56,269 nt of DNA, from positions 1 through 56,269 of the forward strand of contig NYTS01000098.1 in NCBI GenBank assembly GCA_002683655.1, written 5' to 3'. A model generated the notes under the pieces. The model saw only the letters and a program-made list of their open reading frames with translations. It ran no database searches and had not been told where the DNA came from. This stretch comes from Deltaproteobacteria bacterium. GTDB lineage: Bacteria > SAR324 > NAC60-12. Below, piece by piece: positions 27,020 to 37,278 of the stretch (positions are counted from its first letter, which is position 1; the number at the start of each line of letters is the position of its first letter). A program made the position numbers and the translations under genes.

Positions 27020-27805
27020 GTGGCTGCGCTAGAACTTCATCACGAACAATTTGGAGAAGGACCAGATCTGGTAATACTTCATGGTCTATTCGGATCAGGT
27101 AACAATTGGAGGAGCTTTGCTAAAAAGCTTTCAAAAGATTTCCGAATTTCTCTTGTAGATTTAAGGAATCATGGAAAATCTCCCCATTCCTTAGAGATGG
27201 ATTATGTTGTGATGCTGGAAGATGTCCTAGTTTTTCTGGAAAAAAAAACTGCAGGTAGTGTTTCTATTCTTGGACACTCTATGGGAGGAAAGACCGCAAT
27301 GCAGTTGGCACTTCGACATCCACAAAAAGTTCAAAAACTTATTGTCGGAGATATCTCACCTGTCGTCTATACTCATGGGAGTGACCACCGAAGCTACATT
27401 CGAGCGTTGAATAATATTCCACTGAAGCAGGGATTGACTCGGACTGAAATTGATAATTTACTGCACAATTCTATTCCAGAGAGGACAATTAGGGCATTTT
27501 TACTGACTAATCTTGAAATCCGATCTAATCAATCGAGTTGGAAGATCAATTTGAAGGCACTCGAAGAACACTTGAGTGATTTAATCGATTTCCCGATTGA
27601 TCCGAAGATGCTACCTTTTGAGGAGAATTGTTTATTTATTGCTGGAAGCAATTCAAATTATATCCAAACCGAACATCAATCTATTTTACAGAGTTGGTTT
27701 CCAAAACATCGATTTGTGCGGCTAAAAAATTGTGGTCATTGGCTTCATGTTGACCAACCTGAAGCGCTGATGAAGACGCTAAAATACTTCCTTTCTGAAA
27801 TCTGA
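27020..27805 (+). CDS. Alpha/beta hydrolase (YbfF-like esterase type)
   Basis: It has the HGLFGS oxyanion region, the nucleophile elbow GHSMGG and a C-terminal GHWLH catalytic His. The start codon is GTG. Confidence 0.8.
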   Translation: MAALELHHEQFGEGPDLVILHGLFGSGNNWRSFAKKLSKDFRISLVDLRNHGKSPHSLEMDYVVMLEDVLVFLEKKTAGSVSILGHSMGGKTAMQLALRHPQKVQKLIVGDISPVVYTHGSDHRSYIRALNNIPLKQGLTRTEIDNLLHNSIPERTIRAFLLTNLEIRSNQSSWKINLKALEEHLSDLIDFPIDPKMLPFEENCLFIAGSNSNYIQTEHQSILQSWFPKHRFVRLKNCGHWLHVDQPEALMKTLKYFLSEI

Positions 27806-27815
27806 GCTAAGACCT

Positions 27816-28691
27816 TTGGTCACGAGTAAGACCCCATTTCGCGAAATTGATATTCGGCTTCCGCACTTACGATTTGCAGCTCGCTGCTGGGGTCCAGAGA
27901 ATGGCATCCCATTCCTTGGAATGCATGGATGGCTGGACAATGCTGCAACCTATGATCACATTGCCCCTCTGCTACCGGAACTGCGTTTGGTATCATTGGA
28001 TTTACACGGACATGGTTTTTCAGATCACCTACCTCCTGGCATAGCATATCATTTTGTAGATTCGGTTGATTTGATGTTCGGTGTTGCAGATCAACTCGGT
28101 TGGGAGAAGTTCAATTTAATTGGGCATAGCATGGGTGCTGCTGTGGGAGCTTTGATGGCTGGAGTGATTCCAGAAAGAGTTCAAAATATGATCTTAATTG
28201 AGGGATTGGGACCTTTCTCAAGGCGAGAAAGCTTTGGCCCTAGGGCGCTCAGACTCTCAGTAGAAGGTATGAAGAATATAGAACGGAAAAGCATGCCCTT
28301 GTATCCAGATCTGGAGGCTGCAGTTCAAGCACGCTACAAGGTTGGGGGGATGAAGTTAGACTCTGTGAGAACTCTGGTCCAACGGGGTGTCAGGATGCTA
28401 GAAAATGGGGTGACTTGGGCGTCAGATTCTAGACTTCGTGTAGGTTCTAGAACTTATTTTTCAGAGGAGCAGATTCTTGAATTTTTGAAGCAAATTCGCT
28501 GCCCCACCCTACTGATTCGTGGGGATTTTTACTTCCAGGAGAACCCAGACTGGCAGCAGAGAATGCGGGCGCGATGCGAGTACGTGCCTGATTTGCAGGA
28601 TGTCCTCCTCCCTGGAGGACATCATCTTCACCTAGACAATCCAAAGCCTGTTGCACAGGCGATTCGTTTTTTCCTCAAGAACAGAATTTGA
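27816..28691 (+). CDS. Alpha/beta hydrolase
   Basis: It has the HGWLDN oxyanion region, the nucleophile elbow GHSMGA and a C-terminal GGHHLH. The start codon is TTG. Confidence 0.75.
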   Translation: MVTSKTPFREIDIRLPHLRFAARCWGPENGIPFLGMHGWLDNAATYDHIAPLLPELRLVSLDLHGHGFSDHLPPGIAYHFVDSVDLMFGVADQLGWEKFNLIGHSMGAAVGALMAGVIPERVQNMILIEGLGPFSRRESFGPRALRLSVEGMKNIERKSMPLYPDLEAAVQARYKVGGMKLDSVRTLVQRGVRMLENGVTWASDSRLRVGSRTYFSEEQILEFLKQIRCPTLLIRGDFYFQENPDWQQRMRARCEYVPDLQDVLLPGGHHLHLDNPKPVAQAIRFFLKNRI

Positions 28692-28699
28692 TTGTCTAA

Positions 28700-29755
28700 T
28701 TATTGAGGGATATCTCCCACCACACCCTCAACATAATACATCATGCTGAGTAGATCTTGATCTGATGGAACTGCACCTGCCGCAATTGCTGTGGAGCCAT
28801 CCTGTCCTTTGATAGGGCCTTTGAAGACAACAAACTCACCACTGGCAATCTCAGCTTTCTTAGCCATAACCATATTTTGAACGTTCTTTGGGACCATTTT
28901 ACCAAATGGAGCCAAGTCGACCGCTCCTGTCTCAATTCCCCACCAATCACTGGAAGGCTTCCAAGTCCCATTTTTCACTTGGTCATAAATGTGCTCGTAA
29001 TAAATTCCCCAATTGAAGATATTAGCTGTTAAGTGAGCTTCTGGGCCGTAAAGAGTCATGTCTGAATCATTACCAATCGAATAAAGCCCTCTCTTTGCAG
29101 CTGTTTGTGTCGCTGCAGCTGAATCTGTAGTGATGGTGACGATGTCAGCTCCGTTGTCCATCAAGCTATTTGCAGCGGCACCTTCTTTGGCGGGGTCAAA
29201 CCAGGAGTTCACCCAGACAACCTGAGTAGTAGCTTTTGGATTTACTGATCGAACCCCCAGGGTGAATGCATTGATATGGCGAATGATTTCTGGAATGGGA
29301 TGAGAACCGATGATCCCAATCTTATCACTCTTGGTCATCATTCCTGCAACCATTCCCACTAGGTATCGAGCTTGGTACATGCGAGCAAAGTAGTTACCCA
29401 TATTATCATGGGTCCTAAAACCACTGGCGTGCATGAAGATCGTGTCGGGAAATTGCTTGGCAACATTTAAGGTAGGATCCATATATCCAAAACTCGTGGT
29501 GAAGATAATATCGTATCCTCGACGAGCTAGGTTTCTTAATACTCGTTCAGAATCTGTCTCTGGGACGCTTTCGACGTAGGTGGTTTCCACGCCCATTTTC
29601 TCCAGATGCCGACGACCCAAATCGTGTGCGTAAGTCCAGCCTCCATCTCCTACAGGTCCAACATAGATGAAAGCCACTTTGGGATCAGCCGCAGAGACAA
29701 AATTCGGAACCCATAGCATGAGGGCAACCAATATGGTCAGTAAATACTTGATCAT
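28700..29755 (-). CDS. BMP-family (PnrA/Med-like) ABC substrate-binding protein, probable nucleoside binding
   Basis: A signal peptide is followed by KVAFIYVGPVGDGGWTYAH, typical of basic-membrane-protein nucleoside SBPs. ATG 29755 has a GGAG RBS. An upstream ATG at 29770 is also open. Confidence 0.8.
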   Translation of the reverse strand: MIKYLLTILVALMLWVPNFVSAADPKVAFIYVGPVGDGGWTYAHDLGRRHLEKMGVETTYVESVPETDSERVLRNLARRGYDIIFTTSFGYMDPTLNVAKQFPDTIFMHASGFRTHDNMGNYFARMYQARYLVGMVAGMMTKSDKIGIIGSHPIPEIIRHINAFTLGVRSVNPKATTQVVWVNSWFDPAKEGAAANSLMDNGADIVTITTDSAAATQTAAKRGLYSIGNDSDMTLYGPEAHLTANIFNWGIYYEHIYDQVKNGTWKPSSDWWGIETGAVDLAPFGKMVPKNVQNMVMAKKAEIASGEFVVFKGPIKGQDGSTAIAAGAVPSDQDLLSMMYYVEGVVGDIPQ

Positions 29756-29793
29756 GAGGCACTTCTCCATTGCACGATGTTGGATGACGAAAG

Positions 29794-30732
29794 CTAGTGC
29801 TTGTCGCCACGAAAGAAGGGCAATCCCAGTGCTGCTGGCATAAAAGTCTGCCCCGCCCGGCGATTGCGCACAGTGACCACCGTCAACACAACGATGGTCA
29901 ACAAATAAGGGAACATTTCCAAGATATAAGATGGAATCTTCAAACCCATGACTTGGGCCTGAAGTTGGAAAGCGATTGCAGCCCCAAAAAGGTAAGCTCC
30001 CCAGAAGGCCTTACCTGGATGCCAGAATGCAAAGATGACTAGTGCCACTGCTATCCAACCACGACCAGCCGTAAGATCATCTACCCAAAACGAAGTAAGC
30101 ACCATCGGAAAATAAGCCCCACCAAGACCAATCAGCATCCCGCCAAAAATCACACATATGTAGCGGATCTTTGCTACTGACAAACCGAGTGCATCACAGA
30201 CGATAGGAGCCTCCCCAACAGAGCGAATCTGCAGTCCCCAGTTAGTGTGAAAAAGCACAAACCACAATCCAGCTACCAAAACATAAGACAGGTAAACCAT
30301 CCAATCCTGATTAAAGAAGGCACTTCCCAATATTGGTATCAATTCCAATCCTGGAATCGGAATTCTATCTAATGAAGTGACTGTACTTCCAATCAGAGCA
30401 TCTCCAAAAAGTCCACTTAGGCCCGTTCCAAAAAGGGCTAAAGCCAATCCGGAAGCTATTTGATTCCCTCGAAGGCTGATGCAGACAAAACCATGAAGAC
30501 CCGATAGTGCACCAGCGGCCATCATCGCTCCTACCAAGGCTAAGACTTTTGAACCTGTCTGTAGATCCACTACAAAAGTAACCAAGGCACTGACAAGCAT
30601 TATGCCTTCCATGCCAAGGTGGATTACTCCTGCTCTCTCACTAAGTACACCACCCAATGTTGCAAATAACAAAGGGGTTCCCATGGTAACTGCTGTGGCC
30701 AGAATAATGGTCAATATCTCTGGAGTTGTCAC
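29794..30732 (-). CDS. ABC transporter permease (nucleoside/simple-sugar type, second subunit)
   Basis: 312-aa polytopic protein with a 4-nt overlap with the preceding permease gene. Confidence 0.8.
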   Translation of the reverse strand: MTTPEILTIILATAVTMGTPLLFATLGGVLSERAGVIHLGMEGIMLVSALVTFVVDLQTGSKVLALVGAMMAAGALSGLHGFVCISLRGNQIASGLALALFGTGLSGLFGDALIGSTVTSLDRIPIPGLELIPILGSAFFNQDWMVYLSYVLVAGLWFVLFHTNWGLQIRSVGEAPIVCDALGLSVAKIRYICVIFGGMLIGLGGAYFPMVLTSFWVDDLTAGRGWIAVALVIFAFWHPGKAFWGAYLFGAAIAFQLQAQVMGLKIPSYILEMFPYLLTIVVLTVVTVRNRRAGQTFMPAALGLPFFRGDKH

Positions 30733-31790
30733 ACGGCAACTCTTCTACGAAGTCGATAACTCAAAAAAAGTTCTGAACCAATCACAGTGAAGAGTAATAA
30801 CCCCTCAAAAAGATAGACCACCGCAATCGGGAGTTGATATTCAACTTGAAGTAACTCTCCTCCAACAAAGATTACTGCCAGCAGGAATGCAGTTCCAATG
30901 ACTCCGATTGGATGATTTCTCGCCAGACGGGAGACAATTATGCCTGTGTAGCCATAGTTGATAGAGAAATTCTGCTGCAACCTATGGTGAATTCCTGCTA
31001 CCTCAGTCATTCCCGCAAGAGCTGCAACGGCACCACTTAAAACAAGGACGATGAACAGAAGATTCTTTGTATTAAAACCAGAATAATCTGCTGCCGAAAG
31101 ATTGTCTCCAGCCACCCTGATTTGGAAACCAATTGTGGTCGACTTTAGTAAGATCCATGTCAAAACTGCGAGAAGAATCCCAAGGGGCAAACCCCAATGA
31201 ACCGTTGTGGAGCCAATCATTGGTAAGTAGGAAGACTCCCCAAAAGACCGAGTCATTGGGAAATTCAAGGTACTGGGATCTCGCCATGCTCCGAATAAAA
31301 GATAATCAGCAAGGCTGATAGCCACATAATTTAATAACAGAGTTGTGATGATTTCATTCACCCCAAACCATGACCGCAACCCTGCTGGAATGGCAGCCCA
31401 CATGCCCCCAGCAACGAATGTCCCAATCAGGAGAATCGGCAACATGAAATGGGCATCGAGTGATTCGCTGAACTCCAGTGCTAGCCAAGTGGTAGCGATG
31501 GCTCCCAGGTAAAGCTGTCCCTCCGCTCCGATGTTCCAAAGATTCAGTTGAGCCGCAATGGCGACCCCCAATCCTGTCAGGAGTAGAGGGGTCATTTTGA
31601 GAAACAGATCCTGCCAACCCCATTGATCAAAGAACATTAGGGCACCCACACTTGGATAGGCCTCCATGGGGTTTACCCCCACCAGCGCAAGTAAAACGCT
31701 ACCCAATATCAAGGCAAGCACAATTGAGCCAACTGTGACTGCAACTTGAACGCTCAATGGCGTCTCCAGCCTACGTTCAAGTTCAAACAC
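30729..31790 (-). CDS. ABC transporter permease (nucleoside/simple-sugar type, first subunit)
   Basis: 353-aa polytopic protein sitting between the duplicated-NBD ATPase gene and the second permease gene. Confidence 0.8.
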   Translation of the reverse strand: MFELERRLETPLSVQVAVTVGSIVLALILGSVLLALVGVNPMEAYPSVGALMFFDQWGWQDLFLKMTPLLLTGLGVAIAAQLNLWNIGAEGQLYLGAIATTWLALEFSESLDAHFMLPILLIGTFVAGGMWAAIPAGLRSWFGVNEIITTLLLNYVAISLADYLLFGAWRDPSTLNFPMTRSFGESSYLPMIGSTTVHWGLPLGILLAVLTWILLKSTTIGFQIRVAGDNLSAADYSGFNTKNLLFIVLVLSGAVAALAGMTEVAGIHHRLQQNFSINYGYTGIIVSRLARNHPIGVIGTAFLLAVIFVGGELLQVEYQLPIAVVYLFEGLLLFTVIGSELFLSYRLRRRVAV

Positions 31791-31796
31791 TATCGA

Positions 31797-33323
31797 TTAG
31801 GCCCTTTCGCCTGTCATAAGCAGACCAATTTTCTCAATCTCAGCTTCTTCTTTTGGCATTTCACCCACAATACTCCCTTGGCAAATCACATAGAGGTAAT
31901 CACTCATTAACAGTAATTCTTCAAGATCCTCTGAAATAAGCAAAATTGCTAATCCATCCGCACGCGCTTGAAGCAATTGATTCTGCAGAAAAGCGGTCGC
32001 ATGAATATCGAGTCCTCGCACAGGCTGGGCGGCCAGCAAAAATTTCAAAGGCCTGGAAGTTTCTCGGGCCAAAATGACTTTTTGCATATTTCCACCAGAT
32101 AGCTGGCCAATGGGAGTTTTTTCAGAAGCTGCTCTGACATCAAAAGCTCTCATACGATCTCGGCCAAAAGCAGTGACCTTGTCTCGCTGTAACCATCCTC
32201 TGCTTTGAAATTGGTTGTTGTGCAAATTCCTCAAAAGAAAATTTTCTGCGACTTCAAGATGAGGAGCAATACCATAACGTTTTCGGTCCTCTGGGATATA
32301 GCCCACACCTTTATGAATCAGTTCTGAAATCGATGCGCCTTTTTGCTCCTCGCCAGCAAACTGGTATTTCCCAGTATCCAAACCTCTCAGGCCAACCAGA
32401 ACTTCTGCGAGAGGTGCCTGTCCACTTCCAGCGACTCCAGCCAAGCCTACAATTTGTCCAGCACGAACTTCCAAATTGATATTTTGCAGCAAACAATGAC
32501 CAAGTTCATGACGCAATCCAGCGTTTTTCAACCTGACGATAGTTTTATTTTGAGATTGATCTGATGAGGCTTTTGAAGTTTTTATTTGGATCTCACCCGT
32601 TTGAATTGTGCTTTCTCCCATCATCAAACGGGCTAATTCTGAAGGACTGGTCTCGCCTCTATTTCGAGTAGCCTTAACCTTCCCGTGGCGCAGAACCGTG
32701 ATCCGATCGGAGAGTTCGATGACCTCTCTCATCTTGTGTGAGATAAAAAGAATGGAGTGTCCATCCTTTTTCATTTGGTGAAGGATTTTGTAAAGCGCCT
32801 CAGATTCTTGGGGAGTCAATACAGCAGTGGGTTCATCGAGGATCAAAATCTTGGCTCCCCTAAACAGGACCTTGAGGATTTCAACTTTTTGTTGTTCCCC
32901 CACTGAAAGGTCTTGAACGCGCAGATCTGGGTTCAATTCCAGACCATAACGTCTTCCCAATTCCTCAATCTGTTGTCTAACTTTTGATTTCTGTAAGCGA
33001 AACGCTTGAGGAGTCCCTAGAATAATATTTTCAGAGACACTGTGATTTGGAATCAGCATAAAATGCTGATGTACCATCCCCACACCCTTTGCGATGGCTT
33101 GGGCTGGATTTTTAAAGTGGAGAGGTTTCCCCTCAAGGAGCATGGAACCGGAATCCGGAATGTAAAGACCGCTGATAATATTCATCAGCGTTGATTTTCC
33201 AGCACCATTTTCACCGAGAATCGTGTGTATTTCACCACGATTTAAAGTAAGGTCGATCTGATCGTTTGCAACAATTCCTGGAAATTCTTTATGGATTTTC
33301 TGAAGTTCCAGAACAGGGATCAC
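31797..33323 (-). CDS. ABC transporter ATP-binding protein with two fused nucleotide-binding domains
   Basis: It has Walker A GENGAGKST, signature LSVGEQQK and Walker B ILILDEPT, plus a second-half signature LSGGNMQK. The 508-aa length is typical of CUT2/nucleoside importers. Confidence 0.9.
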   Translation of the reverse strand: MIPVLELQKIHKEFPGIVANDQIDLTLNRGEIHTILGENGAGKSTLMNIISGLYIPDSGSMLLEGKPLHFKNPAQAIAKGVGMVHQHFMLIPNHSVSENIILGTPQAFRLQKSKVRQQIEELGRRYGLELNPDLRVQDLSVGEQQKVEILKVLFRGAKILILDEPTAVLTPQESEALYKILHQMKKDGHSILFISHKMREVIELSDRITVLRHGKVKATRNRGETSPSELARLMMGESTIQTGEIQIKTSKASSDQSQNKTIVRLKNAGLRHELGHCLLQNINLEVRAGQIVGLAGVAGSGQAPLAEVLVGLRGLDTGKYQFAGEEQKGASISELIHKGVGYIPEDRKRYGIAPHLEVAENFLLRNLHNNQFQSRGWLQRDKVTAFGRDRMRAFDVRAASEKTPIGQLSGGNMQKVILARETSRPLKFLLAAQPVRGLDIHATAFLQNQLLQARADGLAILLISEDLEELLLMSDYLYVICQGSIVGEMPKEEAEIEKIGLLMTGERA

Positions 33324-33916
33324 TTGTGAGTTCTGGTTGCGTTGTAAACTAATCCACCCGTGGTCACATATTTTTCAAGCAGGCGTTTACTCTCCTCCAC
33401 CATAATTCCCTCTTTCAAACGAATACCTCGTTGCCTTAGTACCCCTTCAATGTTGCTAGGCAAGGGACCCTCATCAAAGCCAGTTATTTGTTCAACCTCC
33501 TGACTTGTAGCTGCATAACAAACTTCTTTCACTCCTGACCAAATCACAGCGCCCAAGCACATTGCACACATCTGAGCATTGACCACAATTTGAAATTCGG
33601 GTAGCTTTTCAGCCCCCAAATCATGGGTGCCAACTGCTTTCTGTGCAAGGCTCAGAGCCATCACCTCAGCGTGCGCTGTCGAACAGCCTGTAACCACGAC
33701 TCGATTTACTCCAACAGAAATCAACCTCCCTGATTCTAGTTCAAAAACAGCAGCCCCAAATGGTCCCCCAGTCCTTTCCTCGATTTGTCGATCGGTCAGA
33801 CTGAGCACCAATTGCATTCGTCCTTCAGAACTCTGGAAAAAATCCGGTTGATCCTTCAAAAAATCTGGAATCCATTCAGGCAGATACAACTCAACTTGGT
33901 TAGGAAGTGGATTCAT
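33320..33916 (-). CDS. guaD: Cytidine/deoxycytidylate-deaminase-fold enzyme, guanine deaminase-like
   Basis: It has the zinc motifs HAEVMAL and CAMC, and GGPFGAAVF near the N-terminus as in CDA-fold guanine deaminases. The purine-catabolic context supports the call. It overlaps the ATPase gene by 4 nt. Confidence 0.6.
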   Translation of the reverse strand: MNPLPNQVELYLPEWIPDFLKDQPDFFQSSEGRMQLVLSLTDRQIEERTGGPFGAAVFELESGRLISVGVNRVVVTGCSTAHAEVMALSLAQKAVGTHDLGAEKLPEFQIVVNAQMCAMCLGAVIWSGVKEVCYAATSQEVEQITGFDEGPLPSNIEGVLRQRGIRLKEGIMVEESKRLLEKYVTTGGLVYNATRTHK

Positions 33917-33930
33917 AAAGGGATGCTACT

Positions 33931-34416
33931 TCAAATGTTTGAAATCAGGATGCGTACCTCTTCATCCCAGTGCACTTCCTCTAAATTTTTTCCTGGGCCT
34001 TCGCGATCAACTATCAAGAAATCTTGCTTGGAGACCAATGGAAGTAAGGGATGGTGCCAAACACCTTTTGAGTATTGAACCCCTTGATTCCCTTGAGCTA
34101 AAAAACATCTCACTGCTTCGGGCTTCGGTTCAGTTGCGACCACGACGAGCCAAGGTTCCGCTTGCAATGGGACAAAGGCCTGGGATCCCAATGGGTGTCT
34201 TTCAACTAGCTTCAGTTCCAACGGACGGGGCCGAGAACGTCCTCTAAAAATTGACAAGATTGCCGCGCCTTCATCTAGCTCTACCTTGGACAGAGCATGA
34301 TGCCTTTCCGTAGTCCCTTCATTGATCATGAAGGATTTTGAATTGTTCGGTTCGATCACCTGACCGAATGGAGCAAAGCTTTCTTCCGTCAATGGTTCTG
34401 GTTTAACCTCAATCAC
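33931..34416 (-). CDS. allA: Ureidoglycolate lyase (AllA type)
   Basis: 161 aa. The N-terminus PLTEESFAPFGQVIE and the cupin-like body are typical of ureidoglycolate lyase. It overlaps allantoicase by 4 nt. Confidence 0.8.
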   Translation of the reverse strand: MIEVKPEPLTEESFAPFGQVIEPNNSKSFMINEGTTERHHALSKVELDEGAAILSIFRGRSRPRPLELKLVERHPLGSQAFVPLQAEPWLVVVATEPKPEAVRCFLAQGNQGVQYSKGVWHHPLLPLVSKQDFLIVDREGPGKNLEEVHWDEEVRILISNI

Positions 34417-35426
34417 AGTCTACTCCCAAAAACCCGGAATCGAGAAATACCACCATCCGGAAAAATGTTTAGTTTGACGTGGCTGATAGGCCCTATTTTT
34501 TCGAGATCCTTCAATTCAAAATGATGGATTGTATCCGGGGTTAGATCCTTGGGAGTCAGCAATTCCGGCCAAAACATCGATTGGGTTATCAAAGATTGAT
34601 CAGTACCCCATTCAACGTTTTGCCCCTGGACCGAACATTTTGCAGGTGAATTTCCTTTATAAAAAGACGTGTCCACTTCGATTTTATTTGCCTCTCCAGG
34701 GGCACCCAAAGCAATCAATAACCAATCAAATCCTGGTTCACGACGCCGCCGAGTTTCCCAGCCATCTCCCATGTTGATGCCTCTGCCAGAATCCAAGACA
34801 GCCTGCACATTCCCATAATGAGCGTCATTGTATGCTACGATTCTTCCGCCGTTATTGAGACCAGAGAGCTCAATCTCTGACCCAAAACTAGTCCAATCAG
34901 GCAGCACGTTTCCATACGCTCTAAAGCGAGCAATTCCACCATCAGGAAAGATGTTCAGTCTCAACCAACGCCAGGGTCCCGGCTTTTGGCAATTGAAAAA
35001 ATGTCGTTTCGAGGGACCCAGGCTGACAGACTCCAGAATTTCCTCCCAGCTTTCTGACGCATCTCCAGGATCATCTTCTTCTTTAGAAGCCCAAACTGAA
35101 GCTGCTGGAGGATAATTACCCGTAAAGTGGGTTGTGTCCAACTCGAGGCCGACCAGATCTCCTGGGACTCCCAAACGAATCACACACCAGTCATGCCCAC
35201 CGTACCGCCGACGTTTACTTTCCCAACCGTCCATCCATTTTCCGAAATTATCGTAAACATCCGGTTTGAAAACAGGATCTGTCTCCGCCAACATCCGTTC
35301 CCGAGACGCAAAGCTGTCATCGCTGCAACGCAAGGCAACCGTTCCAAGTCTTGGTGAACAGAGATTCGTATTTGACCCAACAAAATCCGGAATTTGCATA
35401 GTATTTCGAATTACTGTTTCCGTCAT
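34413..35426 (-). CDS. alc: Allantoicase
   Basis: 337 aa with two internal allantoicase repeats: WESKRRR...DWCVIRLG and WETRRRREPGFDWLLIALG, each followed by NIFPDGGI(A/S)RFR. Confidence 0.9.
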   Translation of the reverse strand: MTETVIRNTMQIPDFVGSNTNLCSPRLGTVALRCSDDSFASRERMLAETDPVFKPDVYDNFGKWMDGWESKRRRYGGHDWCVIRLGVPGDLVGLELDTTHFTGNYPPAASVWASKEEDDPGDASESWEEILESVSLGPSKRHFFNCQKPGPWRWLRLNIFPDGGIARFRAYGNVLPDWTSFGSEIELSGLNNGGRIVAYNDAHYGNVQAVLDSGRGINMGDGWETRRRREPGFDWLLIALGAPGEANKIEVDTSFYKGNSPAKCSVQGQNVEWGTDQSLITQSMFWPELLTPKDLTPDTIHHFELKDLEKIGPISHVKLNIFPDGGISRFRVFGSRL

Positions 35427-35455
35427 GTATTCCTAAAAAATGACGCTAGTTTCTC

Positions 35456-35797
35456 TTAACTGCCTCTATAGGTCGAATAACCGAAGGGGCTTAACAATAG
35501 TGGAACATGATAGTGCTGCTCTGGTTTCAGAATTTCGAACTCAATCCTAACCACAGGATAGAAGAAGCTTTGGATATTTTGTGAACTGAAATATTTCTCC
35601 ACGTCAAAACTTATTCGATAATTACCTTTGGCCAGTGAGCCTGGTTCTAGTAGGTTTGTTAACCTTCCATCGGCATTAGTCGATCCACGTCCGAGCAGTT
35701 GCCATTCTGAGTTGATCCAAGATTCCAAATGGATTGGAACGTTCTCAGCTGGAACACCTTTGGCGGTGTCAAGTACGTGAGTAGTGATTTGACTCAT
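35456..35797 (-). CDS. uraH: 5-hydroxyisourate hydrolase (transthyretin-like)
   Basis: 113 aa with the N-terminal THVLD motif, HYHVPLLLSP and the diagnostic C-terminal YSTYRGS. Confidence 0.95.
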   Translation of the reverse strand: MSQITTHVLDTAKGVPAENVPIHLESWINSEWQLLGRGSTNADGRLTNLLEPGSLAKGNYRISFDVEKYFSSQNIQSFFYPVVRIEFEILKPEQHYHVPLLLSPFGYSTYRGS

Positions 35798-35803
35798 TTT
35801 TGA

Positions 35804-36307
35804 TTATTGGAACATCTTATCAAGGCGTAGCAACATGATTTTTTGTTGCTCTTGTTGAGCTATTTGAAGTTCTTCTTCGGGAGAGTTGTTGATTCGTGAT
35901 TCCAGTAAATTCAGCATTTCAAGTGCTGACTTACCTGTTGCACATACCAAGAAGACGTATCCAAAGCGCTGAGAATATTTTTCATTGCCCGATGCAAGTC
36001 TATCAAGAATATCTTTCTCAGCCTCTTCTGCCCCGGCCTGTTCGTTAGCAGACCAATCTCTGGTGCTGGCAAAACGAGCAGCCACCGCCTGCCGATCTCC
36101 AATTCTTGGGTGATGCTCAAAAGCTTCTAACCAATCTGGGACTTGCAAATCCTCCCAAATCTGGCCGGCCTTGTTCTGCATCGCTTCCAGTGATCCAAAT
36201 GGTCTTGATTGGACCATTTTATTTGCCCAACTCTGTGAGCCACAACAACGCAAAAGTGCTTCCTCAGCCTGCTCTTTGGGTAAAATCTGGAAGTCTGAGA
36301 AGTTCAT
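35804..36307 (-). CDS. uraD: OHCU (2-oxo-4-hydroxy-4-carboxy-5-ureidoimidazoline) decarboxylase
   Basis: 167 aa with the HPRIG motif (FEHHPRIGD) and the conserved CCGS region near the N-terminus. Confidence 0.9.
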   Translation of the reverse strand: MNFSDFQILPKEQAEEALLRCCGSQSWANKMVQSRPFGSLEAMQNKAGQIWEDLQVPDWLEAFEHHPRIGDRQAVAARFASTRDWSANEQAGAEEAEKDILDRLASGNEKYSQRFGYVFLVCATGKSALEMLNLLESRINNSPEEELQIAQQEQQKIMLLRLDKMFQ

Positions 36308-37245
36308 TCACCATTTCCTAAATCAAGCCACTTCTCGGCTGGATGAACTTTGTGCCAATGTTCAGCGATATCCACCCTTCGTGTAACCCAAACTCGTTCA
36401 TGCTGTCGGATATGCTCTATAAATCTGCGTAATCCCTCGAGGCGGCCTGGGCGTCCAATCAATCGGCAATGTAGGCCCACTGACATCATCTTGGGAGCGG
36501 TCTCACCCTCTTTGTAGAGCGTATCGAAAGCCGCCCTTGCATAATTGAAAAAATCCTCTCCAGTATTGAAACCCTGGGCTGTCCCAAACTTCATATCATT
36601 CACATCCAGGGTATAGGGAATCAGCAGCAGAGGTTTTTCACCGTGTAATTCCCAGTAGGGCAGATCATCATTGTAAACATCGGAGTTGTAAAGAAATCCA
36701 CCTTCCTCCGCAACGATCCTACGAGTATTTGGACTGATTCGCCCAATATAGCAACCAAGCGGTCGGATACCCGTGATTTGTTGCTGTATTTCAATGGCTT
36801 TTTGTAGGTGAGCTCTTTCAGTTTCTTCACCGATGTACTGGTAATCAATCCATCGGTAACCATGAGTGGCGATTTCATGACCATCAGCGAGCATTCTTGC
36901 TGCAACCGTTGGATTTCTCTCAAGGGCCATTCCAACAGCATAAACTGTTAGAGGCAATCCATGCTCACGAAACAGCCCTAGAATTCGCCAAACTCCAGAG
37001 CGGCTACCGTACTCATAGATCGACTCAATATTCATGTTTCGAACACCGGCCAAACCGTGCGCACCAACTATTTCCCAAAGGTAGCTTTCAGAGTGGGGAT
37101 CACCATAGAGCACGCAATTTTCACCACCCTCTTCGTAGTTGAGCACAAATTGAACAGCTACTTTTGCTTGACTTGGCCACTGTGGATCTGGCGGTTCAGG
37201 TCCGTAACCCAACAAATCCCTAGGACATGACTGATTTGATCCCAT
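36304..37245 (-). CDS. puuE: Allantoinase, PuuE type (polysaccharide-deacetylase fold)
   Basis: It has the PRDLLGYG N-terminus and NYEEGGE and HGYRW motifs. ATG 37245 is preferred, and the ORF is open to TTG 37266. It overlaps uraD by 4 nt. Confidence 0.85.
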   Translation of the reverse strand: MGSNQSCPRDLLGYGPEPPDPQWPSQAKVAVQFVLNYEEGGENCVLYGDPHSESYLWEIVGAHGLAGVRNMNIESIYEYGSRSGVWRILGLFREHGLPLTVYAVGMALERNPTVAARMLADGHEIATHGYRWIDYQYIGEETERAHLQKAIEIQQQITGIRPLGCYIGRISPNTRRIVAEEGGFLYNSDVYNDDLPYWELHGEKPLLLIPYTLDVNDMKFGTAQGFNTGEDFFNYARAAFDTLYKEGETAPKMMSVGLHCRLIGRPGRLEGLRRFIEHIRQHERVWVTRRVDIAEHWHKVHPAEKWLDLGNGE

Positions 37246-37278
37246 TAAATTCCCAAATTCAGGCAAAGGCTAACATAT